Below are positions 7,771 to 17,541 of a DNA stretch of 32,000 nucleotides, one piece after another. Position numbers and translations under genes: made by a program. Each line of letters opens with the position of its first letter. The first letter of the stretch is position 1. Under the pieces are notes generated by a model. It had not been told where the DNA came from. It was given only the letters and a program-made list of their open reading frames with translations, and did not search any database. Source of the DNA: Candidatus Methylomirabilis oxygeniifera (GTDB lineage Bacteria; Methylomirabilota; Methylomirabilia; Methylomirabilales; Methylomirabilaceae); assembly GCA_000091165.1 (NCBI GenBank), contig FP565575.1:540001-572000 (forward strand). Direction: 5' to 3'.

Positions 7771-8910
7771 ATGAAGTTCGAGTTAACCGAAGAGCAACAC
7801 CTGTTTCGGGAGATGGTACGCGACTTTGCCGCCAGAGAGGTAGCGCCGCTGGCGAAGCAGGTGGACGAAGAAGGGATCTTCCCGCAGGAGACGGTCAAAA
7901 AGATGGGGGAGCTCGGGCTGATGGGGGTGGCGATTCCCACGGAATACGGCGGCGCCGGGGCGGACAATGTGTGCTACGCTATCGGTATGGAGGAGATCGC
8001 TCGAGCCTGCGCCTCGACCAGCGTCATCATGTCGGTCAACAACTCGTTGGTTGCCGATGCCCTGTATAAGTTCGGGACAGAGGCTCAAAGGCAACGGTAC
8101 CTTACACCGCTCGCCAGCGGCAAGCTGCTGGGTTGTTTTGCGCTGAGCGAACCTGGCGCCGGATCGGATGCGTCAGCTCAGCAAACTCTTGTCAAGAGAG
8201 ACGGTGACGGGTTTGTGCTGAACGGGACGAAGAACTTCATCACGAATGCCTTAGAGGCTGATCTGGCGTTGGTCTTTGCCACGGTCGATCGCGGTCTTCG
8301 AGCCAAAGGGGTTTATGCCCTCCTGGTGGAGAAGGGTACGCCGGGCTTCACCATCACGAAGGTGGAGAAAAAGTTGGGGCTCCATGGTACCAGTTGCTGT
8401 CAGGTCGTCTTTGAAGATTGCCGTGTGCCTTCCGACAACCTGTTGGGCGAGATGGGGCAAGGGTTCAAGATCGCCATGGTCACCCTGGATGCCGGCCGGA
8501 TCGGCATCGCGGCACAGGCCGTGGGGATTGCCCAAGCTGCGCTGGACATCTCGATCAGGTACGCCAAGGAGCGGGTTGCCTTCGATAAGCCGATTGCATC
8601 GTTTCAGGCGATACAATGGATGATCGCTGATATGGCGGCGCAGATTGAGGCGGCGAGACTACTCACCTATCGGGCGGCCTGGCTGAAGGACAAGGGTCTT
8701 CGGCATACCAAGGAATCGGCGATGGCAAAGCTGTTCGCGTCGGAGACCGCCAACCGGGCCGCCACGAAGGCACTGCAAATTCACGGCGGCTATGGGTATC
8801 TGTACGATTTCCCGACCCAGCGACTGTTTCGCGACGCCCGCATCACCGAGATCTACGAGGGCACGTCAGAGATTCAGCGGTTAGTGATTGCGCATCAGCT
8901 ATTAAACTGA
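7771..8910 (+). CDS. Short/branched-chain acyl-CoA dehydrogenase
   Basis: 379 aa with FALSEPGAGSDAS, IQIHGGYGY-like LQIHGGYGYLYDFPTQRLFRDARITEIYEGTSEIQRLVIA. Confidence 0.95.
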   Translation: MKFELTEEQHLFREMVRDFAAREVAPLAKQVDEEGIFPQETVKKMGELGLMGVAIPTEYGGAGADNVCYAIGMEEIARACASTSVIMSVNNSLVADALYKFGTEAQRQRYLTPLASGKLLGCFALSEPGAGSDASAQQTLVKRDGDGFVLNGTKNFITNALEADLALVFATVDRGLRAKGVYALLVEKGTPGFTITKVEKKLGLHGTSCCQVVFEDCRVPSDNLLGEMGQGFKIAMVTLDAGRIGIAAQAVGIAQAALDISIRYAKERVAFDKPIASFQAIQWMIADMAAQIEAARLLTYRAAWLKDKGLRHTKESAMAKLFASETANRAATKALQIHGGYGYLYDFPTQRLFRDARITEIYEGTSEIQRLVIAHQLLN

Positions 8911-8926
8911 CGCGGCATTACCCTTA

Positions 8927-8947
8927 GCACTGAACACTTAACACTGG
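8927..8947 (+). repeat. Heptad-phased repeat upstream of etfB
   Basis: GCACTGA ACACTTA ACACTGG. Confidence 0.6.
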
Positions 8948-8953
8948 ACCAAC

Positions 8954-9754
8954 ATGCACATCATTGTGTGTATCAAGCAGATCATCGATCCCGAGACGCC
9001 GATGAGCCAGTTCGCGATCGATCCCCGAACCAAGCGGCAGGTCCCGGCAAACAACCCGCTGGTCATCAGCCCCTACGATGCCAATGCCCTCGAGGTGGCC
9101 ATCAAGCTTAAGGAGAAGCAGGGCGCCAAGGTGACGGCCGTCAGTGTCGGCGGCGCCACCACGACGACCGCGCTGAGAAGCGCGCTGTCGATGGGCGCCG
9201 ACGAAGCGATCCTGGTCAATGACCCCCTTCTCGCGGGCTCTGATCAGCGAGGGATTGCCCATGCGCTGGCGAACACGATTCGGAAGGCAGGCACATATGA
9301 CCTGATCCTGACCGGCTGCGAGTCGGGGGACTGGGCCGATCGTGCTGTCCCGGCGTTTCTGGCCGAGGAGCTCGGGATGGGGTACGTCGGCTTTGTGACC
9401 CGGATCGAGATGAGGGATGAACAGGTTGTTGTCCGTCGAGTAGTAGAGGATGGATACGAGCTGATCGAAGCCAAGACCCCATTCCTTGCTGCTATCAGCT
9501 CTGACGAGACGAATACCGCCCGCTACGCTAAACTTCGGGATATTATGACGGCTGCCAAGAAGATCATCCCCGTCTGGAAGGCGGCGGATCTCGGACTTGA
9601 CCCGGAGAGAATCGGCCCTGGCGCAGCCAAGGTCGCGATCACCGATGTCTATATTCCGGTTAAGGAGTCTAAGTGCGAGATGATTGAAGGGGATACACCA
9701 GAGGAAAAGGCTGCGAATCTGGCGGCCAGGCTTCGCGAGCTTAAGCTGATTTAG
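8954..9754 (+). CDS. etfB: Electron transfer flavoprotein subunit beta
   Basis: MHIIVCIKQIIDPETP...LSMGADEAILVND...DLILTGCESGDWADRAVPAFLAEELG. Confidence 0.95.
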   Translation: MHIIVCIKQIIDPETPMSQFAIDPRTKRQVPANNPLVISPYDANALEVAIKLKEKQGAKVTAVSVGGATTTTALRSALSMGADEAILVNDPLLAGSDQRGIAHALANTIRKAGTYDLILTGCESGDWADRAVPAFLAEELGMGYVGFVTRIEMRDEQVVVRRVVEDGYELIEAKTPFLAAISSDETNTARYAKLRDIMTAAKKIIPVWKAADLGLDPERIGPGAAKVAITDVYIPVKESKCEMIEGDTPEEKAANLAARLRELKLI

Positions 9755-9757
9755 AAA

Positions 9758-9831
9758 CAGCGGTCAGCTATCAGCCGTCAGCCTTCGGCTCTGGACCGAC
9801 CTGACCGCCGATCGCTAATCGCTGACCGCTG
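9758..9831 (+). repeat. Heptad-phased repeat with an 11-bp perfect inverted repeat, between etfB and etfA
   Basis: CAGCGGT CAGCTAT CAGCCGT CAGCCTT ... GACCGCC GATCGCT AATCGCT GACCGCT; CAGCGGTCAGC/GCTGACCGCTG. Confidence 0.85.
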
Positions 9832-9849
9832 CTTTTCTTAAGGAGATCG

Positions 9850-10839
9850 ATGCCCGGCATATTGGTATTGGCGACGACGAAGGACGGCAGGCTCACGCGA
9901 GATACGTTGGAGCTGCTCACGGGCGCGAGTAGGCTGAAGGAGAAGCTGGCCCAGCCGGTGGCGGCAGCCCTCTTGGGAACAGGGGTCGGTCCATACGTCC
10001 CGTTACTGTTCGCGCATGGCGCCGATCAGGTCTATCGGGCCGAGCATCCCCTACTCGAAGGGTATCAAGGTGATGCGTATACACTCGCCCTGCATCAGAT
10101 CTGCGAGCACGCTCAGCCGACCGTGGTGCTGCTGCCTGGCGATGTGATTGGGCGCGAACTGGGCCCGCGTCTGGCCTATCGGCTCCAGGCCACCTTTGTG
10201 ACGGAGTTTATCGACTTCGACCTGGACCAGGCATCAGGCCGGTTGCGGTTTACGCGTCAGACCTACGGGGGGAAGGCGATGGCGGTGGTCCAGCCTCGCG
10301 TGAATTCGATTGTGGCAACGGCCAAGCTCCGGACACTGGAGCCGGCCCCGCAGGAGGAGGGCGGGACGGGCGAGGAGATCCGGATCGATGTCGCCCTGGA
10401 AGCCTCGCAGCTTAAGACGCACCTTGTCAAGCGGGTCCAGGAGGAGGCGACCGGTATCAATCTGGGGGATGCGAAGATCGTGGTGAGCGGCGGACGTGGG
10501 GTACACGGGCCGGAAGGGTTCAAAGTCCTTGAGGAGCTGGCACAGGTCCTGAGGGGTGCGGTCGGCGCCTCGCGGGCGGCAACCGATGCCGGATGGGTCC
10601 CGCCCTCCTGGCAGATAGGCCAGACCGGGAGAAACGTCAGTCCGGAGCTGTATCTTGCCTTCGGGATCTCCGGCGCGACCCAGCATGTCGCCGGAATCTC
10701 CGGCTCGAAGTGTATCGTGGCCGTGAACACTGATCCTGCGGCGCCGATCTTTAAGGTGGCCCAGCTCGGCATTGTCGAAGATTGGAAAGCCGTGGCGACC
10801 GCGCTAATCGAACGCTGCAAGGAATTAACGCGGTCATAA
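9850..10839 (+). CDS. etfA: Electron transfer flavoprotein subunit alpha
   Basis: C-terminal FAD-binding motif [36 protein letters not shown]...[29 protein letters not shown]. Confidence 0.95.
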   Translation: MPGILVLATTKDGRLTRDTLELLTGASRLKEKLAQPVAAALLGTGVGPYVPLLFAHGADQVYRAEHPLLEGYQGDAYTLALHQICEHAQPTVVLLPGDVIGRELGPRLAYRLQATFVTEFIDFDLDQASGRLRFTRQTYGGKAMAVVQPRVNSIVATAKLRTLEPAPQEEGGTGEEIRIDVALEASQLKTHLVKRVQEEATGINLGDAKIVVSGGRGVHGPEGFKVLEELAQVLRGAVGASRAATDAGWVPPSWQIGQTGRNVSPELYLAFGISGATQHVAGISGSKCIVAVNTDPAAPIFKVAQLGIVEDWKAVATALIERCKELTRS

Positions 10840-10921
10840 TATTGTGCGAGGAGCGGCGGACAGGGGATACAGTGCAAAATATTAGGTTGTGGACGAAAAA
10901 CTAACGGGCTCGCTTCTAAAA

Positions 10922-10949
10922 CCCTACACCCTATACCCTACACCCACAA
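10922..10949 (+). repeat. Heptad-phased repeat
   Basis: CCCTACA CCCTATA CCCTACA CCCACAA. Confidence 0.85.
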
Positions 10950-10960
10950 CTGGAATAGCC

Positions 10961-12933
10961 ATGACCCCCATGCGCGAGGTCTATTGGAACATCCCGGGGC
11001 ACCTGTTCCTGTACCTGTTGTTCTTTCCCTTCCTGGTTGTCTGGGTCTACGGCATCTACCGGCATACCCGCATGATACTCGCGGGAGAGCCGGCTGCAGT
11101 CCTGGGCAGCCTGTGGGATCGCTTCAAAGGCGTTATCCAGGATGCCGCCTGGCAGCGGCGAATCCCAAGGATCCCCTTTCAGGATTGCTCCACCGCTCGA
11201 TCTCCTGGGGATTTGCCGTTCTTTTTATCGCGACCTGCCTCGTGGCCCTTCAAGATTATTTCGGCATCCCGACCCTGCGTGGACCGTTCTACCTCTACTT
11301 CATGTCGCTGACCGTCGACCTGTTCGGGCTGACGGCTATTGGCGGCGTGCTGATTGCGCTCGTCCGGCGTTATGGTTTGAGACCCGATCGGCTCCTGCTG
11401 CCTCGTCTGGGTTGGAGTTACGGCATACTGCTTGGGCTGCTCCTCATCATCCTGGTAACCGGGTTTCTGATTGAGGGACTTCGGATTGCGGCGACAGATG
11501 ATCCATGGGGCCGCTGGTCGCCGGGTGGCTGGTTGGCATCCGCTCTGTTTCGCGGGACTGACCAGGCGCAGCAGGTTCTCCTTCACCATGCCATCTGGTG
11601 GTCGCATGCCATCGTTGCCTTCACCTTCATTGCCCTTCTGCCCTATGGCGTGGGCATGCACATCACGTCCGCTGCCGCGAATGTCCTCCTGAAGAACCGG
11701 GAAGGCTCCGGGGTGTTGCGACCGATCGATCTGGACCGGGCGGAGCGGTTTGGCGCCGGCGCGATCGACCAGTTGACCTGGAAGGATCACCTCGACTTCG
11801 AGGCGTGTACCGAGTGCGGCCGCTGCCAGGCTGCCTGCCCGGCCTGGATAACCGGTAAGCCGCTGACGCCGAAAGGCGTCATCATCGACCTGCGGGATCA
11901 CATGCGCCTGGTTGCCGACGGAGAGGAGCCCAGGAAGATGGTCGGCGAGGTCATCTCGCATGACGTCCTGTGGGCGTGTACCACCTGTGGGGCCTGCCAT
12001 CAGGAGTGCCCGATCTTCATCGAACCGATCCCGAAGATTGTCGAGATGCGTCGGCACCTCGTCATGGAGGAGGCCGACTTTCCGGAGACGATGCAGCAGG
12101 CATTGCGGAGCTTGGAAGAGCGGGGCCATCCGTTCCGTGGGGCGAGCGCATCCAGGACCGACTGGGCGAAGGGGCTTGGCGTAAAGACTGTCGCCGCGGA
12201 CGGTCCACCGGAGATCCTGTACTGGGTCGGCTGCACCGCAGCCTTTGATGAGCGGAATCAGCAGGTCGCGGCGGCCTTCGCCAAGCTCCTGCAACACGCC
12301 GGGGTTGATTTTGCGATCCTGGGGGAAGAGGAGCGATGCACGGGTGATCCGGCTCGCCGGATTGGAAATGAGTACCTCTTCCAGACGCTGGCCAGGGAGA
12401 ATATCGCCACGCTGAACGGCTATGGCATCAAGAAGATCGTTACGACCTGCCCGCATGGCTTCAATACGCTTAAGAATGAATACCCGATGCTGGGAGGCAA
12501 CTACGAGGTCCTCCATCACACCCAGTTGCTGGCCGATCTGGTGAAAGAAGGGCGCCTGCGGCCAAAGAAGCAAATCGATGGCGTGGTATCCTTTCACGAC
12601 CCCTGCTATCTGGGGCGACACAACGGCGTCTACGATCCACCCAGGCAGGTTCTCGGGGCGATCCCCGGGCTTACGGTCAAGGAGATGGATCGGTGCCGGG
12701 AACGCGGCTTCTGTTGCGGTGCGGGGGGCGGATTGATGTGGTTCGAAGAGAAGATCGGCAAGCGCGTGAGTTGGGAGCGGACCGAAGAGGCGCTGGCCCT
12801 TCAGCCGCAGGTACTGGCGAGCGCGTGTCCCTTTTGCCTGATCATGTTCGAGGACGCGCTGAAAGTGAAGGATGCGATCGGGCGGACCAGACCGCTTGAC
12901 GTAGCGGAGCTGATGGCGCAAAGTGTAGAATGA
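10961..12933 (+). CDS. Membrane Fe-S oxidoreductase (ETF:quinone oxidoreductase/EMO-like, nitrate reductase gamma-like plus CCG domains), with an apparent frameshift near 11170
   Basis: Frame 1 [39 protein letters not shown] continues in frame 2 as [24 protein letters not shown]...[14 protein letters not shown]...[17 protein letters not shown]...CCGAGGG. Confidence 0.85.
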
Positions 12934-12938
12934 AAATG

Positions 12939-12973
12939 GTGCGGGGTGCGAGGTTCAAGGTGCGAGTGCAATG
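12939..12973 (+). repeat. Heptad-phased repeat overlapping the start of the mutase gene
   Basis: GTGCGGG GTGCGAG GTTCAAG GTGCGAG TGCAATG. Confidence 0.65.
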
Positions 12974-14665
12974 GCTGAGCAGAAGGATCTGAAGCGGATC
13001 GAGCAGGAGAAGGCGCGGTGGGAGACCGAGACGCTGAAGCCCGCCCTCGCACAAACGCCTGAAAGGGCCGGGCGCTTCACCACTGCGTCGATGACGCCCA
13101 TCGAACGCCTTTACACCCCGGCCGACCTGCCCGAATTCGATTACCTGCGGGACCTGGGATTTCCCGGCCAATATCCCTACACCCGCGGGGTTCAGCCGAC
13201 GATGTACCGCGGCAAGCTCTGGACCATGCGGATGTTCGCCGGGTACGGCACCGCCGCCGAAACCAACCGACGGTTCAAGTATCTGCTCGAGCAGGGTCAG
13301 ATGGGGCTGTCCACTGCCTTCGATCTGCCGACCTTGATGGGGTACGATTCGGATCACCCTGCTTCGGCCGGGGAGGTGGGTAAGTGCGGCGTCGCCATCG
13401 ATTCGCTCGCCGACATGGAGACGCTGTTCGAGAGTATTCCGCTCGGCGAGGTCACGACCTCCATGACGATCAGCTCTCCCGCCGCAGTCTTGTGGGCGAT
13501 GTATATTGCCGTCTGCGAGAAGCAGGGCGTCCCGTATCATCAGATTGGCGGCACGCTCCAGAACGATATCCTGAAGGAGTACGTCGCGCAGAAAGAGTAT
13601 ATCTACCCGATCGAACCGTCGGTCCGGCTGGTGACCGACACCATCCTGTTCGGTGCGCAGCACCTGCCGCGTTGGAATACCGTCAGCATCAGCGGGTACC
13701 ATATCCGGGAGGCGGGGGCAACCGCATTGCAGGAACTCGCCTTCACGCTGGCTGACGGAATGGTCTACGTGGAGGAGAGCATCAAGGCGGGTCTTGAGGT
13801 TGATGCGTTTGCCCCGCGTCTCTCCTTCTTCTTCGATTGCCACAACGACCTGTTCGAGGAAGTGGCCAAGTTCCGGGCGGCGAGAAGGCTGTGGGCGAGA
13901 ATCATGCGGGAGCGGTTCAATGCGAAAGATCCTCGTTCCTGGCTGTTACGGACGCATGCCCAGACAGCAGGGTGTACCCTTACCGCCCAGCAGCCGCGCA
14001 ATAACATCATCAGGGTCGCGATCCAGGCGCTGGCGGCCGTCCTGGGTGGGACGCAATCGCTGCATACCAACGCTATGGACGAGGCGCTGGCGCTCCCGAC
14101 GGAAGAAGCGGCCACCATCGCGCTGCGGACGCAGCAGATTATTGCGCATGAGAGCGGCGTCACCAACACGGTCGATCCGGTGGCCGGCTCTTACTACGTC
14201 GAGACGTTGACGAATCAGATGGAGGAGGGGGTTTGGGAATACTTCCGGCGCATCGATGATCTGGGTGGGATGATCCGGGCGATCGAGAAGGGCTTTCCAC
14301 AGCGCGAGATCGCCGATGCCGCCTACGCATATCAGCAGGCCATCGAGCGGGGCGAGAAGATCATCGTTGGCGTGAATCGATTTACGGCAGACGAAGAAGC
14401 GCCGATCCCGACCCTCACCATCGACCATGAGGCCGAGGCGCGGCAGATCGAACGTGTACAGGCGGTTCGCCGCTCGCGCGACAAGGAGGCGGTGACGCGG
14501 TCGCTGCAGACGCTCCGTCAGGCGGCAGCCGGGAACGACCCGTGGGGAAAGGATCTGTTGATGCCGAGGATTCTTGACGCGGTTCGGGCCTACGCGACCT
14601 TGGGCGAAATTATGGATGTCTTTCGCGAGGTCTGGGGCGAATACAAGGAGCCTTCGATCATTTAG
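12971..14665 (+). CDS. Adenosylcobalamin-dependent acyl-CoA mutase, large subunit (MCM family; residues favour isobutyryl-CoA mutase type)
   Basis: [34 protein letters not shown]...[29 protein letters not shown]...[12 protein letters not shown]. Confidence 0.93.
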   Translation: MAEQKDLKRIEQEKARWETETLKPALAQTPERAGRFTTASMTPIERLYTPADLPEFDYLRDLGFPGQYPYTRGVQPTMYRGKLWTMRMFAGYGTAAETNRRFKYLLEQGQMGLSTAFDLPTLMGYDSDHPASAGEVGKCGVAIDSLADMETLFESIPLGEVTTSMTISSPAAVLWAMYIAVCEKQGVPYHQIGGTLQNDILKEYVAQKEYIYPIEPSVRLVTDTILFGAQHLPRWNTVSISGYHIREAGATALQELAFTLADGMVYVEESIKAGLEVDAFAPRLSFFFDCHNDLFEEVAKFRAARRLWARIMRERFNAKDPRSWLLRTHAQTAGCTLTAQQPRNNIIRVAIQALAAVLGGTQSLHTNAMDEALALPTEEAATIALRTQQIIAHESGVTNTVDPVAGSYYVETLTNQMEEGVWEYFRRIDDLGGMIRAIEKGFPQREIADAAYAYQQAIERGEKIIVGVNRFTADEEAPIPTLTIDHEAEARQIERVQAVRRSRDKEAVTRSLQTLRQAAAGNDPWGKDLLMPRILDAVRAYATLGEIMDVFREVWGEYKEPSII

Positions 14666-14685
14666 CGTGCGGGCGAGGATAGGCA

Positions 14686-15099
14686 ATGGAGACGAAGGTG
14701 GAAAAGAAAATCCGGGTCCTGATCGCGAAGCCGGGCCTTGACGGGCACGATCGGGGTGCCAAGGTCATCGCCAGGGCCTTCCGTGATGCCGGGATGGAGG
14801 TGATCTACACCGGGCTCCGGCAGACGCCAGAGATGATCGTGAGCGCGGCCATCCAGGAAGATGTGGACGCCATCGGCATGTCCTGTCTGTCCGGGGCGCA
14901 TATGTACCTGTTCCCAAAGGTCATGGAGCTGCTGAGGGAGCGTGGGGTCGATGACATTCTCGTCTTTGGTGGCGGCACAATTCCCACTGAAGACATTCCG
15001 AAACTGAAAGCAGTTGGGCTCTCCACTATCTTTACGCCCGGTACGACCACGACCGAAGCGATCGAGTTCGTGAAGCAGAACGTGCGGCAAAGAGCCTGA
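14686..15099 (+). CDS. Adenosylcobalamin-dependent acyl-CoA mutase, small B12-binding subunit
   Basis: [44 protein letters not shown], the B12-binding DxHxxG motif. Confidence 0.95.
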   Translation: METKVEKKIRVLIAKPGLDGHDRGAKVIARAFRDAGMEVIYTGLRQTPEMIVSAAIQEDVDAIGMSCLSGAHMYLFPKVMELLRERGVDDILVFGGGTIPTEDIPKLKAVGLSTIFTPGTTTTEAIEFVKQNVRQRA

Positions 15100-15132
15100 G
15101 TACAGAGTGACGGAGAGGGGGTAAAGCGCGTT

Positions 15133-16443
15133 ATGCGACCGGTGTATATGGTCTCGGGAGGGCTGAGCAAGTTCGCAAAGGCGAGGCCGGACGTGACCTT
15201 CCAACCGATGGTGAAGGAGGCGTACGACTACGCTCTCAAGGACATTGGGCTTGAGCACAAGAAGTTCTTCGAACTTGTAGACGGCTCCGTCGCATCGTAC
15301 TTCTCTGACCATTTTCAGCGGCAGTTGATGTCGGGCATCATGGTACAGGACTATCTGGGGCTCTGTCCGAAGCCGAGCCACCGGGTCGAAGGTGGTGGCG
15401 CCACGGGAGGACTCTGCTTTCAGGAGGCCTGGAAGTCGGTGGCCTCGGGCCTCATGGATGTCTGCGTGGCCTACGGCTTCGAGACGATGTCCCATGTGAA
15501 TACCTGGAAGGGTAATGAATTCATCGCCCTGGCCTCCGACGTAAGCTTCGACTACCCGGTGGGCGGCTTCTACAGCGGCTACTACGCGATGATGGTGGTT
15601 CGGCACATGCAGGAGTTCGGCACGACCGTCGAGCAGATGGCCCACATTTCGGTGAAGAATCACAACAACGCGTTTCACAACCCCTATGCGCAAAAGCGTA
15701 AACTCCTCACGATCGACGACGTACGGCGAGCGCCGATGGTGGCCTGGCCGCTGACCCGCCTGGATATCTGCGTCATGTCCGACGGGGCGGCAGCGACGAT
15801 TCTGGCCAGCGAGGAGGGGGTCAACAAGCTGGAGAAGGCGAGCGGCAAGCGGCTCAAGCCGGCCAGGATTGTTGGTATCGGTCGCGGGACAGACGCGATG
15901 CGTATGGCCGACCGGCCCCACCGCCAGGTGCTGCTGCTCCCGCATGAGCGGGCCAGCGACTACCGTGGTCTCAAGTACCCGGGCATCCATTCATTCCGGG
16001 CAGGCCGGATGGCCTCCAAGCTGGCCTATGAGATGGCCGGGATTACCCATCCGATGAAGGAGCTGGATTTCATCGAACTACACGACGCCTATACCTCCTC
16101 CGAGATCCAGACCTACGAGGATATGGGCCTGTGCAAGTACGGGGAGGGTGGCCGATGGGCGGAGGATGGGAACCCATTTCTCCCTAACCTCGACTATGGC
16201 CTTGCGCTCAAGAAACCCGGGACGCTTCCCGTCAACCCTTCGGGAGGCCTGATCGCCTGCGGCCATCCGGTTGGAGCCACCGGCCTGATGCAGGCGGTCT
16301 TCGCCTTGTGGCAACTGCAGGGCAGCATCAAAAAGCATTTTGGCAATGGCCGGTTGCAGGTCAAGGGCGCCAGACGTGGGGCCATTCACAGCCACGCCGG
16401 CACCGGGACGTACGTTACCGTAAGTATAATGGAGAGAGTCTGA
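15133..16443 (+). CDS. Thiolase-superfamily protein lacking the usual nucleophilic Cys
   Basis: HRVEGGGATGGLCFQEAWKSVASGLMDVCVAYGFE...ELHDAYTSSEIQTYEDMGLC...NPSGGLIACGHPVGATGLMQAV. Confidence 0.85.
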   Translation: MRPVYMVSGGLSKFAKARPDVTFQPMVKEAYDYALKDIGLEHKKFFELVDGSVASYFSDHFQRQLMSGIMVQDYLGLCPKPSHRVEGGGATGGLCFQEAWKSVASGLMDVCVAYGFETMSHVNTWKGNEFIALASDVSFDYPVGGFYSGYYAMMVVRHMQEFGTTVEQMAHISVKNHNNAFHNPYAQKRKLLTIDDVRRAPMVAWPLTRLDICVMSDGAAATILASEEGVNKLEKASGKRLKPARIVGIGRGTDAMRMADRPHRQVLLLPHERASDYRGLKYPGIHSFRAGRMASKLAYEMAGITHPMKELDFIELHDAYTSSEIQTYEDMGLCKYGEGGRWAEDGNPFLPNLDYGLALKKPGTLPVNPSGGLIACGHPVGATGLMQAVFALWQLQGSIKKHFGNGRLQVKGARRGAIHSHAGTGTYVTVSIMERV

Positions 16444-16500
16444 CCTCAGCCGCTTTACCAGAGGAGCACTCATGGGGAGTTGGCCTCACCACGGTACACG

Positions 16501-16540
16501 AAAATCCCCCCTTTGCTAAAGGGGGGTTGGGGGGATTTGG
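16501..16540 (+). repeat. G-run/C-run dispersed intergenic hairpin element
   Basis: aaaatcccccctttgctaaaggggggttggggggatttgg; related sequence at 20930..21010. Confidence 0.65.
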
Positions 16541-16545
16541 CCGAA

Positions 16546-16580
16546 GCTGACGGCTGAGCGCTGATCGCTGACGGCTATTG
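16546..16580 (+). repeat. Heptad-phased repeat upstream of the DUF35 gene
   Basis: GCTGACG GCTGAGC GCTGATC GCTGACG GCTATTG. Confidence 0.85.
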
Positions 16581-16599
16581 TCTAAGGAGGGAGCAAGCG

Positions 16600-17166
16600 A
16601 TGGCGGGTGCCAAACGCGAGAGATCGAATCGAAACCTACCCGATGAAGGGCCTGTCGCATTGCCTGAGACCGACGACGGGACCGTCCTGTTCAATGTCCC
16701 GTTCCCTCAGGATCTGGCCCAACTCAAAACCATGGCCCCCATCATCCTCAAGCAGTCCTACCAGATCGACTACATCCACAGCTACGGACAGGACTCCCCT
16801 TTCTTTGCAGGTCTCGCCAACGGCAAGCTGCTTGGGACGGTCTGCACGAAGTGTGGCTACAAATACGCGACGCCTAAGCTGCACTGTATGGATTGCGGCA
16901 GCGAGTGCGACTGGTTCGAGCTCCCCCAGATCGGCGCGGTCCACACCTTCACCGTCTGTTACTTCGGGGGCGAGGAGTTCCTGAAGGAGACCCCATTTGT
17001 GCTGATCCTGGTGGAGTGGCCTGGTATCGATACCCTGTTTCTCTCGCGGCTGCTCGGCGTCGATCCACTAAATCCTTCACTGGAGTGGGTCGGGATGAAG
17101 GTTCGGGCAAAATTCCGCCGCCTCTCCAAGTTCAAGCCGACCGACGTCTACTTCATCCCGGCGTAG
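16600..17166 (+). CDS. Zn-ribbon OB-fold (DUF35) acyl-CoA-associated protein, probable partner of the upstream thiolase-like protein
   Basis: GKLLGTVCTKCGYKYATPKLHCMDCGSECDWFELPQIGAVHTFTVCYFG. Confidence 0.9.
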   Translation: MAGAKRERSNRNLPDEGPVALPETDDGTVLFNVPFPQDLAQLKTMAPIILKQSYQIDYIHSYGQDSPFFAGLANGKLLGTVCTKCGYKYATPKLHCMDCGSECDWFELPQIGAVHTFTVCYFGGEEFLKETPFVLILVEWPGIDTLFLSRLLGVDPLNPSLEWVGMKVRAKFRRLSKFKPTDVYFIPA

Positions 17167-17187
17167 CGGTTACTGTACCGTAAAAAG

Positions 17188-17485
17188 GGGACAGACACTA
17201 TTATCGTGATAATTCGTGGTGTTTGCGGTCATGACCGTGCATGCCACGGATTGCCTTAACTGTTGCACCAGGCCACCCGTGCCACCCGCATCATGTGAGG
17301 CAACGAGGGAATGATCGCCAGGCGGTCTTTTTGACCGACAGCGATTCGAGGCCGCACGATGACAGAACGGCTACTACAAAGAGACGGGTTCATCTGGGGG
17401 GTGCGCAGGAAACTGGATGAGTAAGAGACGTATAGCAGAGGGGAAGACCAAGAAAGGATTTTAATAAATAAATAGTGTCTGTCCC
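17188..17485 (+). mobile_element. Decayed RAYT-type (IS200-like) element with 15-bp inverted ends
   Basis: GGGACAGACACTATT ... AATAGTGTCTGTCCC, exact reverse complements, flank a truncated transposase N-terminus. Left coordinate uncertain by about 1 nt. Confidence 0.7.
17241..17340 (+). pseudogene. REP-associated tyrosine transposase (RAYT) N-terminal relic
   Basis: MPRIALTVAPGHPCHPHHVRQRGNDRQAVFLTDSD vs the typical MPRxARxVxPGxPHHVxQRGNxRQxVFxxxxD. Confidence 0.75.
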
Positions 17486-17541
17486 TATATCGCTATATCA
17501 CTGACAGCCCCGCAATTGTTTGATGCCAAGAAGGGACACCA

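Noticed and set aside
11179-12921. 580-aa minus-strand ORF
   Set aside because: Antisense to the Fe-S oxidoreductase, whose CTECGRC and CCGAGGG motifs are decisive. Long shadow ORFs are expected at this GC content.
12842-15990. Minus-strand ORFs 12842..13843, 13946..14686 and 14662..15990
   Set aside because: All antisense to the mutase subunits and thiolase-like gene. No recognisable motifs.
16501-16540. Rho-independent terminator for the thiolase-like gene
   Set aside because: The C-run/G-run sequence recurs at 20930..21010 in another context, so it reads as a dispersed element, and no T-tract follows it.
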